Positions 12,621 through 21,696 of a DNA stretch of 64,000 nucleotides are shown here, in pieces. Position 1 is the first letter of the stretch, and each line of letters begins with the position of its first letter. Under the pieces are notes generated by a model. The model searched no databases, was not told where the DNA came from, and saw only the letters and a list, made by a program, of their open reading frames with translations. The translations under genes and the position numbers were made by a program. The stretch lies in NCBI GenBank assembly GCA_900544905.1, contig UQXF01000001.1, forward strand, positions 19,504-83,503, given 5' to 3'. Source of the stretch: an uncultured Clostridium sp. (GTDB lineage Bacteria; Bacillota; Clostridia; Lachnospirales; Lachnospiraceae).

Positions 12621-13526
12621 TTATGCCAGCGCCGCCTGGTTAATGGCTTCCGAAATGGTATAGCTTATCCGTTTTACCGCCTCGTCAATATCCTTCGGTG
12701 TAACAAACATGTCCTCCAGATATGGGGTCACCATTTCGCAGGCCAGCTGGTAGCGCTCTTCCTCGTTGAATTTTTTCAGCACATTTTTTGTCGCCTGTTT
12801 TCCAATAGCTGACACCATAACATTCATGGCGTCATTTACAATTGTGGGAACCGCAATTACCGTAGGAACGCCAATGGCAAGAACCGGAATCCCCACACTT
12901 TCCTTATTGATTGCATTTCTATGGTTTCCCACCCCGGAGCCCGGTGTAATTCCCGTGTCTGCCAGCTGTATGGTCTTGTTAAGGCGGTCCGATTCCCTTG
13001 CCGCTAACGCATCTATAACAATTAACAGCTCCGGCTTAATCTCTTTTACCAGCGCCTTTAAAATTGTCACGGATTCCATTCCGGTCTGCGCCATGACCCC
13101 CGGCGCAATGGCGCTGATTTCCACACTCTTTGAGATGATTCCCTCCTGCAGCAGATGCCTGGTCACATACAGGTTGTCAATAACAAAGGGACCCAGCGCA
13201 TCCGGTGTAACCTCCCTGTTGCCGAGTCCTGCCACCATAATACGTTTTTTATTTCCGATGAACTGCCTTAAATGTCTCGCCAGCACCTCCGTCATGGGTT
13301 CGTGAAAGCCCTCGTCATGCTGCCTTAAATGCTCGCTCTCCAGTGTAATATAGGTTCCAATCGGCTTTCCCAGGCTCATGGCACCCTGGTCGTTTTCCAC
13401 CACAATCCGCACTTCCTTAATGTCGGTATCCCCATTATTTTTTGTCATCACATGTACGCCCGTAATAGGCTCGTCACTCTGGATATCCTCCTTCATTTCC
13501 ACCGCAAGGTCTGTTCTGCCACGCAT
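12621..13526 (-). CDS. gpr: Germination protease GPR (spore endopeptidase)
   Basis: The 301-aa product has the N-terminus MRGRTDLAVE... typical of GPR. It is divergent from rpsT, as in Bacillus. Confidence 0.8.
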   Translation of the reverse strand: MRGRTDLAVEMKEDIQSDEPITGVHVMTKNNGDTDIKEVRIVVENDQGAMSLGKPIGTYITLESEHLRQHDEGFHEPMTEVLARHLRQFIGNKKRIMVAGLGNREVTPDALGPFVIDNLYVTRHLLQEGIISKSVEISAIAPGVMAQTGMESVTILKALVKEIKPELLIVIDALAARESDRLNKTIQLADTGITPGSGVGNHRNAINKESVGIPVLAIGVPTVIAVPTIVNDAMNVMVSAIGKQATKNVLKKFNEEERYQLACEMVTPYLEDMFVTPKDIDEAVKRISYTISEAINQAALA

Positions 13527-13777
13527 TCTATTTCCCTCTTTTCCTTTATCATTTTATACATATTTTTTCCATTTTCCTGTGCTTTTATACGATAAATCTT
13601 TTGAGGGATTGCTATTTGCGCCCGCGGCATAATCCAGGGCAAAAAAATTTTGAAAAATTATTGACAATATTTAGGTTTGCTAGTATTATTGATGAGTATG
13701 TTTACATTAGATTGTCCGTGTCCGGTTTTAATGTAAAACCATAAAATATAAAAATTATAGTAATGGAGGTGTCTGAT

Positions 13778-14041
13778 TTGGCAAATATCAAATCTGCAAA
13801 GAAGAGAATCAAGGTTATTGAGACCAAGACAATGAGAAACAAAATGGTGAAGTCTAAGTTAAAGACTCTTCTCAAGAAGTTTGATGCTGCTGTAGCTTCT
13901 GGCGATAAGGCTTCAGCAGAAGCACAGTTAAAGGTTTGTACATCTGAGCTTAGCAAGGCTGCTGCTAAGGGCATTTTGCACAAGAATACTGCTTCAAGAA
14001 AGATTTCACGTTTAGCTGCTGCCGTTAACAAAATGGCATAG
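13778..14041 (+). CDS. rpsT: 30S ribosomal protein S20
   Basis: It begins MANIKSAKKRIKVIETKTMRNK. The TTG start at 13778 has GGAGGTG 5 nt upstream. The track ORF starts 15 nt earlier at an ATG. Confidence 0.85.
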   Translation: MANIKSAKKRIKVIETKTMRNKMVKSKLKTLLKKFDAAVASGDKASAEAQLKVCTSELSKAAAKGILHKNTASRKISRLAAAVNKMA

Positions 14042-14052
14042 GCAAATAGAGC

Positions 14053-14090
14053 AAAAGGACTGGCTTAACCCACCAGTCCTTTTTTATTTT
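14053..14090 (+). terminator. Rho-independent terminator of rpsT
   Basis: The hairpin ggactgg-cttaaccca-ccagtcc is followed by ttttttattttt. Confidence 0.6.
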
Positions 14091-14098
14091 TATAGCAG

Positions 14099-14127
14099 TT
14101 TACAAATACCTCAAATAATGTTATAAT
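14099..14127 (+). promoter_or_regulatory. Sigma-A-type promoter (TTTACA-N17-TGnTATAAT) driving a short forward-strand transcript
   Basis: The -35 tttaca is at 14099-14104, followed by a 17-nt spacer. An extended -10 tgt-tataat is at 14119-14127. No protein-coding ORF lies downstream on the forward strand. Confidence 0.4.
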
Positions 14128-14134
14128 CTAATCA

Positions 14135-14224
14135 CAAAAGGAACAATCGCCCACAAGGGGGTTGACCAGTTAACAAAATAGCAATGCCACCCTGCACCGG
14201 TCAAAGTACAAGGGTGGTTTTTGC
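14135..14224 (+). ncRNA. Putative ~90-nt antisense small RNA, a candidate type I antitoxin. It ends at a terminator shared with the convergent toxin gene.
   Basis: It is bounded by a strong promoter at 14099-14127 and the terminator hairpin ccaccct-N17-agggtgg plus ttttt at 14187-14222. Its 3' end overlaps the 3' UTR of the minus-strand small toxin ORF. Confidence 0.3.
14187..14222. terminator. Bidirectional terminator hairpin shared by convergent transcripts
   Basis: The stem ccaccct / agggtgg has a 17-nt loop. It is followed by ttttt on the forward strand and by attttgtt on the minus strand. Confidence 0.45.
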
Positions 14225-14233
14225 TATGTATGA

Positions 14234-14323
14234 CTACTTACAAAACGTAAAAACGAATGTAAGCAATGCCAAAAGGAAAAGACCAAAGGTCATCAAGTCC
14301 TTAAAATCAAAATGATTTTTCAT
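14234..14323 (-). CDS. 29-aa hydrophobic peptide resembling the BsrE/BsrH (holin-like) type I toxin family
   Basis: The product is MKNHFDFKDLMTFGLFLLALLTFVFTFCK. It aligns with B. subtilis BsrE (...QALMLMLAIGSFIIALLTYIEK) over the conserved core LM..xG.F..ALLT[FY][VI]. GGGGGTGA sits 6 nt upstream of the ATG. Its own promoter (TTGTCA-N17-TGgTAGAAT) is at about 14365-14395 on the minus strand. The ORF is too short to appear in the ORF track. Confidence 0.5.
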   Translation of the reverse strand: MKNHFDFKDLMTFGLFLLALLTFVFTFCK

Positions 14324-14471
14324 AGGCATCACCCCCATTCTTTTGGAATGAGGTCAACACACCCTGTAACACGATTGCTCCATGGCTAATTCTACCATAT
14401 TCTCTTAATTCTGACAAACCCTGTATAGCCACGAAAACGTATTATTTACCTGTCACATGTAAACATTTTTA

Positions 14472-15449
14472 TCACTGGGAAAATTCCACAATCAAAAGCT
14501 CCACCCCTACAACATCCTGCACCATTCCGGTTTTAATCCCCTGGTCCGTTGCCTGGCATTTCTCCACCATGCTTTTCAGTCTTTCATAAGAATATTTTCC
14601 TGCCTGGGCTGCATATTTTTTCACACTAAAGGGCGGAATCCCACAGGCTGCCGCCATTGTCTTGTTATCTTTTCCCTCGGACATAAGCACCGATATCTGC
14701 ATCAAAATATGAAAATGCCTGGTAAGCATATACAGCACACGCATAGCCGGTTCCCGCAGGGCAAGCAAATCATGATAGAGCAGCAATGCTTTATCCTGGT
14801 TATGCACACCGATTGCATCCAGCATCTCAAACATTTTATCGGATGCCTGGCTGACACATACCTCCCGGATATCCTCCAGAGTAATTTTCTCACTGTCGTA
14901 GCAGTAACAGAAAAGCTTCTCCATCTCGTTTTTCAGCAAAAGCATATCCGTTCCCATATGCTCCACAAAATAGAAAATAGCCGAATCCTCTATCTGCTTT
15001 CCCTCTGCCCTGCAAAGTCCTTTTACCCAGGTAATCAGCATTTTTTCGTCCGGTGTGTTCATCTCCGAAGCATATCCATGCTTGCCAATCCATTTGTATA
15101 AACGGCTTCTCTTGTCAACCTCTTTTTCCACAAAAATTACATGGGTGGAGTCCGGGAACTGTTCCAGCCGTTTTTCTATTTCCTCCGGCGTCTTTTTAAA
15201 CAATCCGCTGTTTTCCAGGACAAGCACGCGTTCTTCCGCAAAAAACGGCAGGGTTTCCCCGATATCCAGTACCGCCTGCAGCTGGAAATTATTCCCCTCA
15301 AAATAATTATAGTTCATGGTATCCTCTGTATCCACCATGGCTTTTGCCAGCTTATCCCTGTACTGCCGCTTCAGATAATCCTCTGTTCCGAATAACAGGT
15401 AAAACTGCTTTATCTCATTTTTCTCAATATCCTGATTAATCGTTTTCAT
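14472..15449 (-). CDS. holA: DNA polymerase III subunit delta (HolA)
   Basis: The 325-aa product begins MKTINQDIEKNEIKQFYLLFGTEDYL, a typical HolA N-terminus. It lies between rpsT and comEC, as in Bacillus. Confidence 0.8.
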   Translation of the reverse strand: MKTINQDIEKNEIKQFYLLFGTEDYLKRQYRDKLAKAMVDTEDTMNYNYFEGNNFQLQAVLDIGETLPFFAEERVLVLENSGLFKKTPEEIEKRLEQFPDSTHVIFVEKEVDKRSRLYKWIGKHGYASEMNTPDEKMLITWVKGLCRAEGKQIEDSAIFYFVEHMGTDMLLLKNEMEKLFCYCYDSEKITLEDIREVCVSQASDKMFEMLDAIGVHNQDKALLLYHDLLALREPAMRVLYMLTRHFHILMQISVLMSEGKDNKTMAAACGIPPFSVKKYAAQAGKYSYERLKSMVEKCQATDQGIKTGMVQDVVGVELLIVEFSQ

Positions 15450-17829
15450 AAACTCTCCAATCCGTCAAAAACGGTGTCACCCGGTATGTCCTTCCATCTG
15501 TATCTATGGTAATTGCTCCACTGTCTTTTGTCAAATATATCTTTTCTGCGTACACAGACAGCCGCTCCATAACCTCTGCTGCCGGATGTCCGTAACGGTT
15601 TCCCTCCCCCACAGACACACATGCCACCTCCGGGCGTACTGTCTTTAAAAAGACCTCCGAGGAAGCTGTTGCAGAGCCATGGTGCGCCACCTTCAAAACC
15701 TCTATTGTTTCCCCGGTCATATCCGCAAGAATACTTTCTTCTACCGACTTATCCATATCACCTGTTAACAGGGTGTCAAAATTCCGGTAGGAAAGCTTTA
15801 ATACAAGGCTGCCCGTATTCTTATCCGCATATTCCTTTGCCTCCGGATTTAGGCAGGTAAAAATTGTTCCATCTATCTGTAACGTATCTCCCTTTTTCAT
15901 GTAGTAAAGCCTGCATCCCTTTTTCATTGCCATCTGCTCCAGTTTGCGGTAGGCTTCATCAGGATTTGCAATATCCGGAAGCACAAAATTACCAACAAAA
16001 ACCGTATCGTCCTCTAAAAGCTCTGCAATGCCGCTATAATGGTCGCTGTCGCTGTGGGTGACAAAAACATAATCCAGCCTTCCGGCGCCATAAAATTTAG
16101 CGCTGTTTTTTAATACATAGGTACCCACCTTCTGTCTTGAGCTGCTGCCCCCGTCTATGAGAATATGGCATCTTGACGGAGTGCGGATATAGATTCCATC
16201 TCCCTGTCCCACATCAAGCATACACACAGTTAATGAAGCTGGCAGGCAAAAAAACGCAAATTGTAACACGTAAGCTGCTCCGGCACCCGCCAGCAGGAAT
16301 TTCCGGTATATTTCTATCCTTCTGCATTTTTTCTTACAATACCTGCCTATGACTGAGGCTTCCTCCCGGCTGTACGCCGCTAACAGGAAAACCGCTATTA
16401 TCATATAATATCCTGCTATCCAGCGCATATCCGGTCTGCCGGTGCATACCGTGTGAAAGGGAAGACCCTCGCTGGCATGACACAGCCACACATACAGCTT
16501 AAATATAAGCTGCGCCGGCAGGCTCATGAGCCTTGCCCCCTCCAGCCAAAAACACCCGGCTAATCCCCCTGCAATCAAAACCAACAAAAGAAGGCTCATC
16601 AACGGCACCACAATTACATTTAACAGCACACCGTACAGGGGTATCTCATAGAAATAATAAAGCATAACCGGCAAAAGCACCAGCTGTACACTGATACTCA
16701 CAAACAGACCCTCCAGACAATGCGGCATTTCCGGTAACAGAAGCTTCCAGACAGGATTTACCAACGCAATCCCCATAACCGCTCCAAAGGAAAGCAGAAA
16801 GCCCGCCTGGGTTATCTGGTATGGGTTTAACAAAAGCATCCAAAACAGAGCCAGGGCAATGGAGGTCAGTGCATCATACCTCCTGCCCCCTACATCTGCC
16901 CCAATGGAAATTATCAGCATAACCACCGCCCGCATTGTAGCCCCGGACATCCCCGTCATCATGCCATACAGGCAGATAAAAGCCATTCCGATACCCGCCG
17001 ATACCAGATAGCTGCCCGACAGCTTTCTCAAGAAATGATACAGTGTCCCTCCAATCATGGCAATATGCAATCCGGAAATGGCTATCAGGTGGGCAATTCC
17101 ATTTCTCTGGTAGAGCTGTTTCAGCTCTGTATCCAGCCCTTCCTTATCCCCCAAAACCATTGCCGCCGCAAGAGACCCATTCTCCTCATCTAACATATCA
17201 TAATACACACCGGACAACCGTTGCCGGATTTCGTACAAATACTGCCGGACCGGCACCTCCGGAGACACCACAGTCTCCAGCTCCGTCTCCTGCAGGGCGA
17301 GAAATACACCGTTCCCATATTGATAGCTTTGCTCATCATACCCGCCTGGATTGGCAGCTCTTGAAAATTCCTTCACTCTGCCTCTTCCCTCAATCCGGCT
17401 TCCCAGCAGCAATGTCTCCTGTCCTTCCAGCGAGACCTCCAGCTTCATATGAAACGGATGCTGCTCCTGTGCATCGCTGTCCGTCAGCTCCCTGACCGCC
17501 ACAATATAACAGGTTTCCCGTTCCGAAACTTCCATCCCTGTTATTTTTCCGGCAAACCATATCTCCTTCCCGGTCTGCTCCATATAGTATTCCGTCATAC
17601 AGCGGGTACCTGCCATACAGCATGCACCCATCACAAAAAACAAAAGCCCCAGTCCGAGAATGTTCCTGTTCTCCTTTATCCAGCCTGGGGTTTTCCTTTG
17701 CAGGCACAGGGCTGTCAGTAATGCCCCGGCTCCAATTGTACATAAAACCACCGCACCTATTGGTAATGCTCTGGTTAACACCTCTCCAAGTATGAACAAG
17801 CTTACCCAATAAAGCATCGGTCTTTTCAA
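15436..17829 (-). CDS. comEC: DNA internalization competence protein ComEC/Rec2 with a C-terminal metallo-beta-lactamase domain
   Basis: The 797-aa polytopic membrane protein has a C-terminal MLDVGQGDG...HSDSDH MBL motif. It overlaps holA by 14 nt. Confidence 0.85.
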   Translation of the reverse strand: MKRPMLYWVSLFILGEVLTRALPIGAVVLCTIGAGALLTALCLQRKTPGWIKENRNILGLGLLFFVMGACCMAGTRCMTEYYMEQTGKEIWFAGKITGMEVSERETCYIVAVRELTDSDAQEQHPFHMKLEVSLEGQETLLLGSRIEGRGRVKEFSRAANPGGYDEQSYQYGNGVFLALQETELETVVSPEVPVRQYLYEIRQRLSGVYYDMLDEENGSLAAAMVLGDKEGLDTELKQLYQRNGIAHLIAISGLHIAMIGGTLYHFLRKLSGSYLVSAGIGMAFICLYGMMTGMSGATMRAVVMLIISIGADVGGRRYDALTSIALALFWMLLLNPYQITQAGFLLSFGAVMGIALVNPVWKLLLPEMPHCLEGLFVSISVQLVLLPVMLYYFYEIPLYGVLLNVIVVPLMSLLLLVLIAGGLAGCFWLEGARLMSLPAQLIFKLYVWLCHASEGLPFHTVCTGRPDMRWIAGYYMIIAVFLLAAYSREEASVIGRYCKKKCRRIEIYRKFLLAGAGAAYVLQFAFFCLPASLTVCMLDVGQGDGIYIRTPSRCHILIDGGSSSRQKVGTYVLKNSAKFYGAGRLDYVFVTHSDSDHYSGIAELLEDDTVFVGNFVLPDIANPDEAYRKLEQMAMKKGCRLYYMKKGDTLQIDGTIFTCLNPEAKEYADKNTGSLVLKLSYRNFDTLLTGDMDKSVEESILADMTGETIEVLKVAHHGSATASSEVFLKTVRPEVACVSVGEGNRYGHPAAEVMERLSVYAEKIYLTKDSGAITIDTDGRTYRVTPFLTDWRVYEND

Positions 17830-18789
17830 TTATTCTTCTGTTTCCTCCTGTTCAATCAAATCCAGATTCCGCTCAAAAATACCGTCAAAGGGCATGGTTT
17901 CCCTGTAAAACGGCTGTTTTTCCCCATTTTTCAAAAACTGTACCTTTGAAACCGTCGGAAGCTCCACCAGGGAGTTCACAACGGAATACACAATGATATC
18001 GTTTTTCAGGGTATTGTTGGTATCATAAAATTCATCACTTAAATCTACATAACAGATTCCGTCCTTTACCGACAGGTTCTGAATGGTTGTTTTTTCCGAC
18101 AGCGTGGCTGTATAGCCCTCTCCCTCCGGTCCATCAATCAGGGATTCCACCACAATTCTTGCCAGAGATGTATTATTGGATATCTCTACCGTCTTGCGGT
18201 ATTCCTTTAAGGCTTCTCCGGATTCATTGGCAAAATACAGTACAATGGTTCCCTTTTGTTTATATCCACTTTCACTGTCAAAAGACATATTAAAGGAATC
18301 CGCATCAAAGCTCTCGGAAACCGTCGCTGTATCCTCATTCGCATTGGCAACATCTGTCAGGGAAAGAGTCACGGAATCAATCCCCTCCAGCTGTAATAAT
18401 GATTTTACGGTGCACGCCTTAAAAAACAAGAGAGACTCTGCATCCACAGAATCATACAATACATTAAAAACTGCCTCCAGACCACCATGTCTGCTGCCAG
18501 GTCTGGTTTCAATATAGGTTATACCCTCCGGTATCGGCGTCTGGTAATCCACATTCGTCTCTGCATTCTCTAAAAATTCAATCAATCCATCTGCATCCGC
18601 CAGCACATCCCCACTATTTTCCAGGGTATATACCTCCTGCACAATATCGGTTTTGTCCGTATTGACAAAGTAAGCATAAATCTGGTTTTCTTCCAGTACC
18701 ACAGGCTCCTCAGCCACCGGCTCCTCTGTTCCGCATGCCGTCAGCAGCCCGGTTAATATGAAAAGAAATAATAAATAAACTTTTTTCAT
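17830..18789 (-). CDS. GerMN-domain lipoprotein (GerM-like)
   Basis: The 319-aa product has a lipobox LLTACG after its signal peptide, an acidic composition and two repeated ~130-aa halves resembling GerMN domains. It abuts the comEC start. Confidence 0.4.
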   Translation of the reverse strand: MKKVYLLFLFILTGLLTACGTEEPVAEEPVVLEENQIYAYFVNTDKTDIVQEVYTLENSGDVLADADGLIEFLENAETNVDYQTPIPEGITYIETRPGSRHGGLEAVFNVLYDSVDAESLLFFKACTVKSLLQLEGIDSVTLSLTDVANANEDTATVSESFDADSFNMSFDSESGYKQKGTIVLYFANESGEALKEYRKTVEISNNTSLARIVVESLIDGPEGEGYTATLSEKTTIQNLSVKDGICYVDLSDEFYDTNNTLKNDIIVYSVVNSLVELPTVSKVQFLKNGEKQPFYRETMPFDGIFERNLDLIEQEETEE

Positions 18790-18803
18790 AATGTCACGTC
18801 ACC

Positions 18804-20243
18804 TCAGCTCACATATTTGAGCGGAATTCTCACAGTAAATGTGGTTCCCTCACCCGGCTCAGAATACAGTTTGATGGCACCCTTATGCATTAAAATCGCA
18901 TTTCTGGTAATGGCAAGTCCCAAACCGGTTCCTCCGGTTTCCCTGCTCCTTGCCTTGTCAACGCGATAAAAACGCTCAAATACCTGTGCCTGGCATTCCT
19001 CCGGAATACCGACGCCATTGTCCTGTACCTTAACATAGAAAAACTTGTGGTCAGCATTTAAGGAGACATGTACATTACCGCCATCATTGTTGTATTTGAC
19101 TGCGTTCTCAATCAGGTTGGAAAGTGCAAGGGACAATTTCACCTCATCCACTTCTCCAACCACCTCCCGGAAGCTCTCAAACACCACCTCAATATTCCGC
19201 TTCGCCGCCAGCGGTTTAATTCTCTTCAACAAAAGCTCCAGCAATGCATTGATATTCACCGGTTCAATATTGAGCTCCGCCGCCTTTTTGTCCATTTTTA
19301 CAAGGGTCAGCAAATCATTGATTATCTTATTTTCCCGGTCAATCTCCTCCACCATATCGGACATAAATTCCCGGTACATCTCATTTGGCACATCCTCCTG
19401 CATTAACAAAGAGTCTGCCAGCACCTTCATCGATGTAATCGGCGTCTTCAATTCATGGGACACATTTGACACAAATTCCTGTCTGGACTCCTCCAGCACC
19501 CGCATTTTGTCAATCAGAATGTTAAAGGAATCCGTCAGCTGTGATAATTCATTCAACCGGCTTCCCACATTTAATTTTTCCAGATGTCCCTCATTCAGAC
19601 CGGATATCTGGGTATTTAATTTCTTAATGTCCCATACGCTGATATTACAGATAATGAATGCCGCCATCAAAGCCAGCAGGGAAAACAGCATAATCAAAAT
19701 ATCTGCCTGCTGGGCAATGTATGCATTGGTGTCCTCAATGTCCTTCAATGAAACCGTTGCAATCATGACACCATTTACCACCTTATCCGTATTCACAATG
19801 GGTATTATAATCTCCGCATAGTCATTCACCATACGGATATTTTTGTCCTTTTCACCGCGCATAACACGCAGTACTTCATCATAAATAATATAATTTCCCT
19901 GGTCAATTGTATAGGTGTCCTTCACTATCCGGTAATTGGAATCAACGACAAGGATTCGTCCCTCCCATACATTTGCCAGCTGGTCAATCTCCACATTCAG
20001 GTTATCCTGCATGGAATCAATGGTAAACTGGTTTACCAATATCTGATTCCCCATAATGCTGCACTGGTTTTGCACCAGCAGAAGCTTTTCCTCCACTGTC
20101 TTATCGTTGTAGGAGCGCTGCAGCATGATATTAAAAAATACCATAATCACAAAGGACAGAAGAAAAAAACACAGGAAAATGATAACCTTCAGACTGCGGA
20201 ACGGATTTGTCTTTTTCTTATTTTTTGAAATAATAACCGACAC
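18804..20243 (-). CDS. Sensor histidine kinase (HisKA and HATPase_c domains), the partner of the upstream response regulator
   Basis: It contains the H-box SHELKTPITS, N/G boxes and an N-terminal transmembrane segment. The track ORF extends to 20288 and overlaps the regulator by 70 nt. The start was provisionally placed at the GTG at 20243. Confidence 0.7.
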   Translation of the reverse strand: MSVIISKNKKKTNPFRSLKVIIFLCFFLLSFVIMVFFNIMLQRSYNDKTVEEKLLLVQNQCSIMGNQILVNQFTIDSMQDNLNVEIDQLANVWEGRILVVDSNYRIVKDTYTIDQGNYIIYDEVLRVMRGEKDKNIRMVNDYAEIIIPIVNTDKVVNGVMIATVSLKDIEDTNAYIAQQADILIMLFSLLALMAAFIICNISVWDIKKLNTQISGLNEGHLEKLNVGSRLNELSQLTDSFNILIDKMRVLEESRQEFVSNVSHELKTPITSMKVLADSLLMQEDVPNEMYREFMSDMVEEIDRENKIINDLLTLVKMDKKAAELNIEPVNINALLELLLKRIKPLAAKRNIEVVFESFREVVGEVDEVKLSLALSNLIENAVKYNNDGGNVHVSLNADHKFFYVKVQDNGVGIPEECQAQVFERFYRVDKARSRETGGTGLGLAITRNAILMHKGAIKLYSEPGEGTTFTVRIPLKYVS

Positions 20244-20904
20244 CCCACTTCGTCTGAATATATTTTGGGTCTCCCGGATTCGACTCAATCTTCTCTCTCA
20301 GTCTTCTTACATGGACATCCACGGTACGTCCGTCCCCCAATGCATCACTTCCCCAGATTTCCTTTAAAAGGTCGTCTCTGGAATATACCTTGTTGGGATG
20401 AAAAAGCAGCAGTGTCAGAATATTAAATTCCTTTGCAGTGAGATTTACATCCTTTCCTGCAATTGTAACCCGCCGGCTCTCCAGCTCAATTGTCATGTCA
20501 CCTTCCACCAAAAGCTTCGGCTTCGGAGTATCCGGAGTCTTTTTCTGGTTTCTGCGGATAATCGCCTTAATCCGCGCTTTTACCTCCAAAATATTAAAGG
20601 GCTTGGTAATATAGTCGTCTGCTCCGTATTCCAGACCCAATATTTTGTCCATGTCATCCCCTTTGGCAGTGAGCATAATAATCGGGACATCCGAAAATTC
20701 ACGGATTGCCTGGCATACCTCAAAGCCTGACAGCCCCGGAAGCATAACATCCAGAAGAATAATATCAAACTCATTATTCTTTGCAAGCTCTAATGCCTCC
20801 TCTCCGTCATAGGCAGCGGTAACCTCCATTTCATCCTGTTCCAATGAAAATTTAATCCCTTTTACAATCAGCTTCTCATCATCTACAACTAATACTTTTT
20901 TCAT
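20218..20904 (-). CDS. OmpR-family response regulator (receiver plus winged-helix domain)
   Basis: The 228-aa product begins MKKVLVVDDE. It has a conserved Asp pocket and a C-terminal Trans_reg_C domain. Confidence 0.85.
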   Translation of the reverse strand: MKKVLVVDDEKLIVKGIKFSLEQDEMEVTAAYDGEEALELAKNNEFDIILLDVMLPGLSGFEVCQAIREFSDVPIIMLTAKGDDMDKILGLEYGADDYITKPFNILEVKARIKAIIRRNQKKTPDTPKPKLLVEGDMTIELESRRVTIAGKDVNLTAKEFNILTLLLFHPNKVYSRDDLLKEIWGSDALGDGRTVDVHVRRLREKIESNPGDPKYIQTKWGVGYYFKK

Positions 20905-20935
20905 CCCAACTCTCCTATTATCTATCCTTCATATA

Positions 20936-21571
20936 TCATTTACATTTAATGCTCCCCTTTATCTTATTAAATACACCTTCCTTGATTCCCGGAATCTCCA
21001 TCAGTTCTTCGATGGATTTGAATCCGCCATGCTCCTCCCGGTACTGGATAATGACCTCCGCCTTTGACTCGCCTATCCCTGGCAGTGTCATTAAGGCTTC
21101 CCTGTCTGCCTGATTAATATTAACCAGTCCGTCATCCTCCAAAACCGGTTCTCCAGTCTCTTCCTCCATTCCCGGAACATACAGGGTTTGTCCATCGGTC
21201 ATATGCTCTGCCTGGTTCAGAGCCTCCGGACGTCCCTCCTTTGTCACTCCCCCTGCCAGCTCTAATGCATCACAAATCCTTGCATCCGCTGACAGCTGGT
21301 ATACACCGGGCTTTTCTACGTGACCACAGACATACACATAAATCCGCTGCTGTGCAGCAGCCACCTCCTGGTTTTCCAAATCGGACAAGGTCTCTTCCGT
21401 ACCGGAAACAGCTGCGGTCTGTCCGTCCGAAAGGGCTGTCCCCTTATCCGATGCGGTCATGACAGCCTCCTTTGTTCCACACCCTGTCAGGAAACCCAGC
21501 CCTAGAAACATAATCAGCCATATGTATTTGCTCATTTTTACACTCCCTTTCTCTTCAAAACAGTTACACAA
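20936..21571 (-). CDS. comEA: Competence protein ComEA (helix-hairpin-helix DNA receptor)
   Basis: The 211-aa product has a lipobox/signal LGFLTGCG and a C-terminal tandem HhH region INQADREALMTLPGIGESKAEVII... Confidence 0.8.
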   Translation of the reverse strand: MCNCFEEKGSVKMSKYIWLIMFLGLGFLTGCGTKEAVMTASDKGTALSDGQTAAVSGTEETLSDLENQEVAAAQQRIYVYVCGHVEKPGVYQLSADARICDALELAGGVTKEGRPEALNQAEHMTDGQTLYVPGMEEETGEPVLEDDGLVNINQADREALMTLPGIGESKAEVIIQYREEHGGFKSIEELMEIPGIKEGVFNKIKGSIKCK

Positions 21572-21696
21572 TTACAAAACGGAGTGCAATTTATAAAATG
21601 AAATAAAATAAGATATGTTTTCATAATACCTAAAATATGAACAATTTACAACTGTTTTTTTATCTATATTGCATCTAAAAAAGGACAATTCTTACA

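Noticed and set aside
19045-19821. A 258-aa plus-strand ORF inside the histidine kinase gene, and similar antisense ORFs within lepA, comEC, the MATE gene and the ABC genes
   Set aside because: They are antisense to genes with unambiguous domain content. The compositions are low-complexity with no RBS.
20218-20288. A 70-nt overlap between the response regulator and the track's histidine kinase ORF
   Set aside because: It is probably an artefact of the track taking the first alternative start (TTG at 20288). A GTG at 20243 gives a more usual short overlap. The true start remains uncertain.
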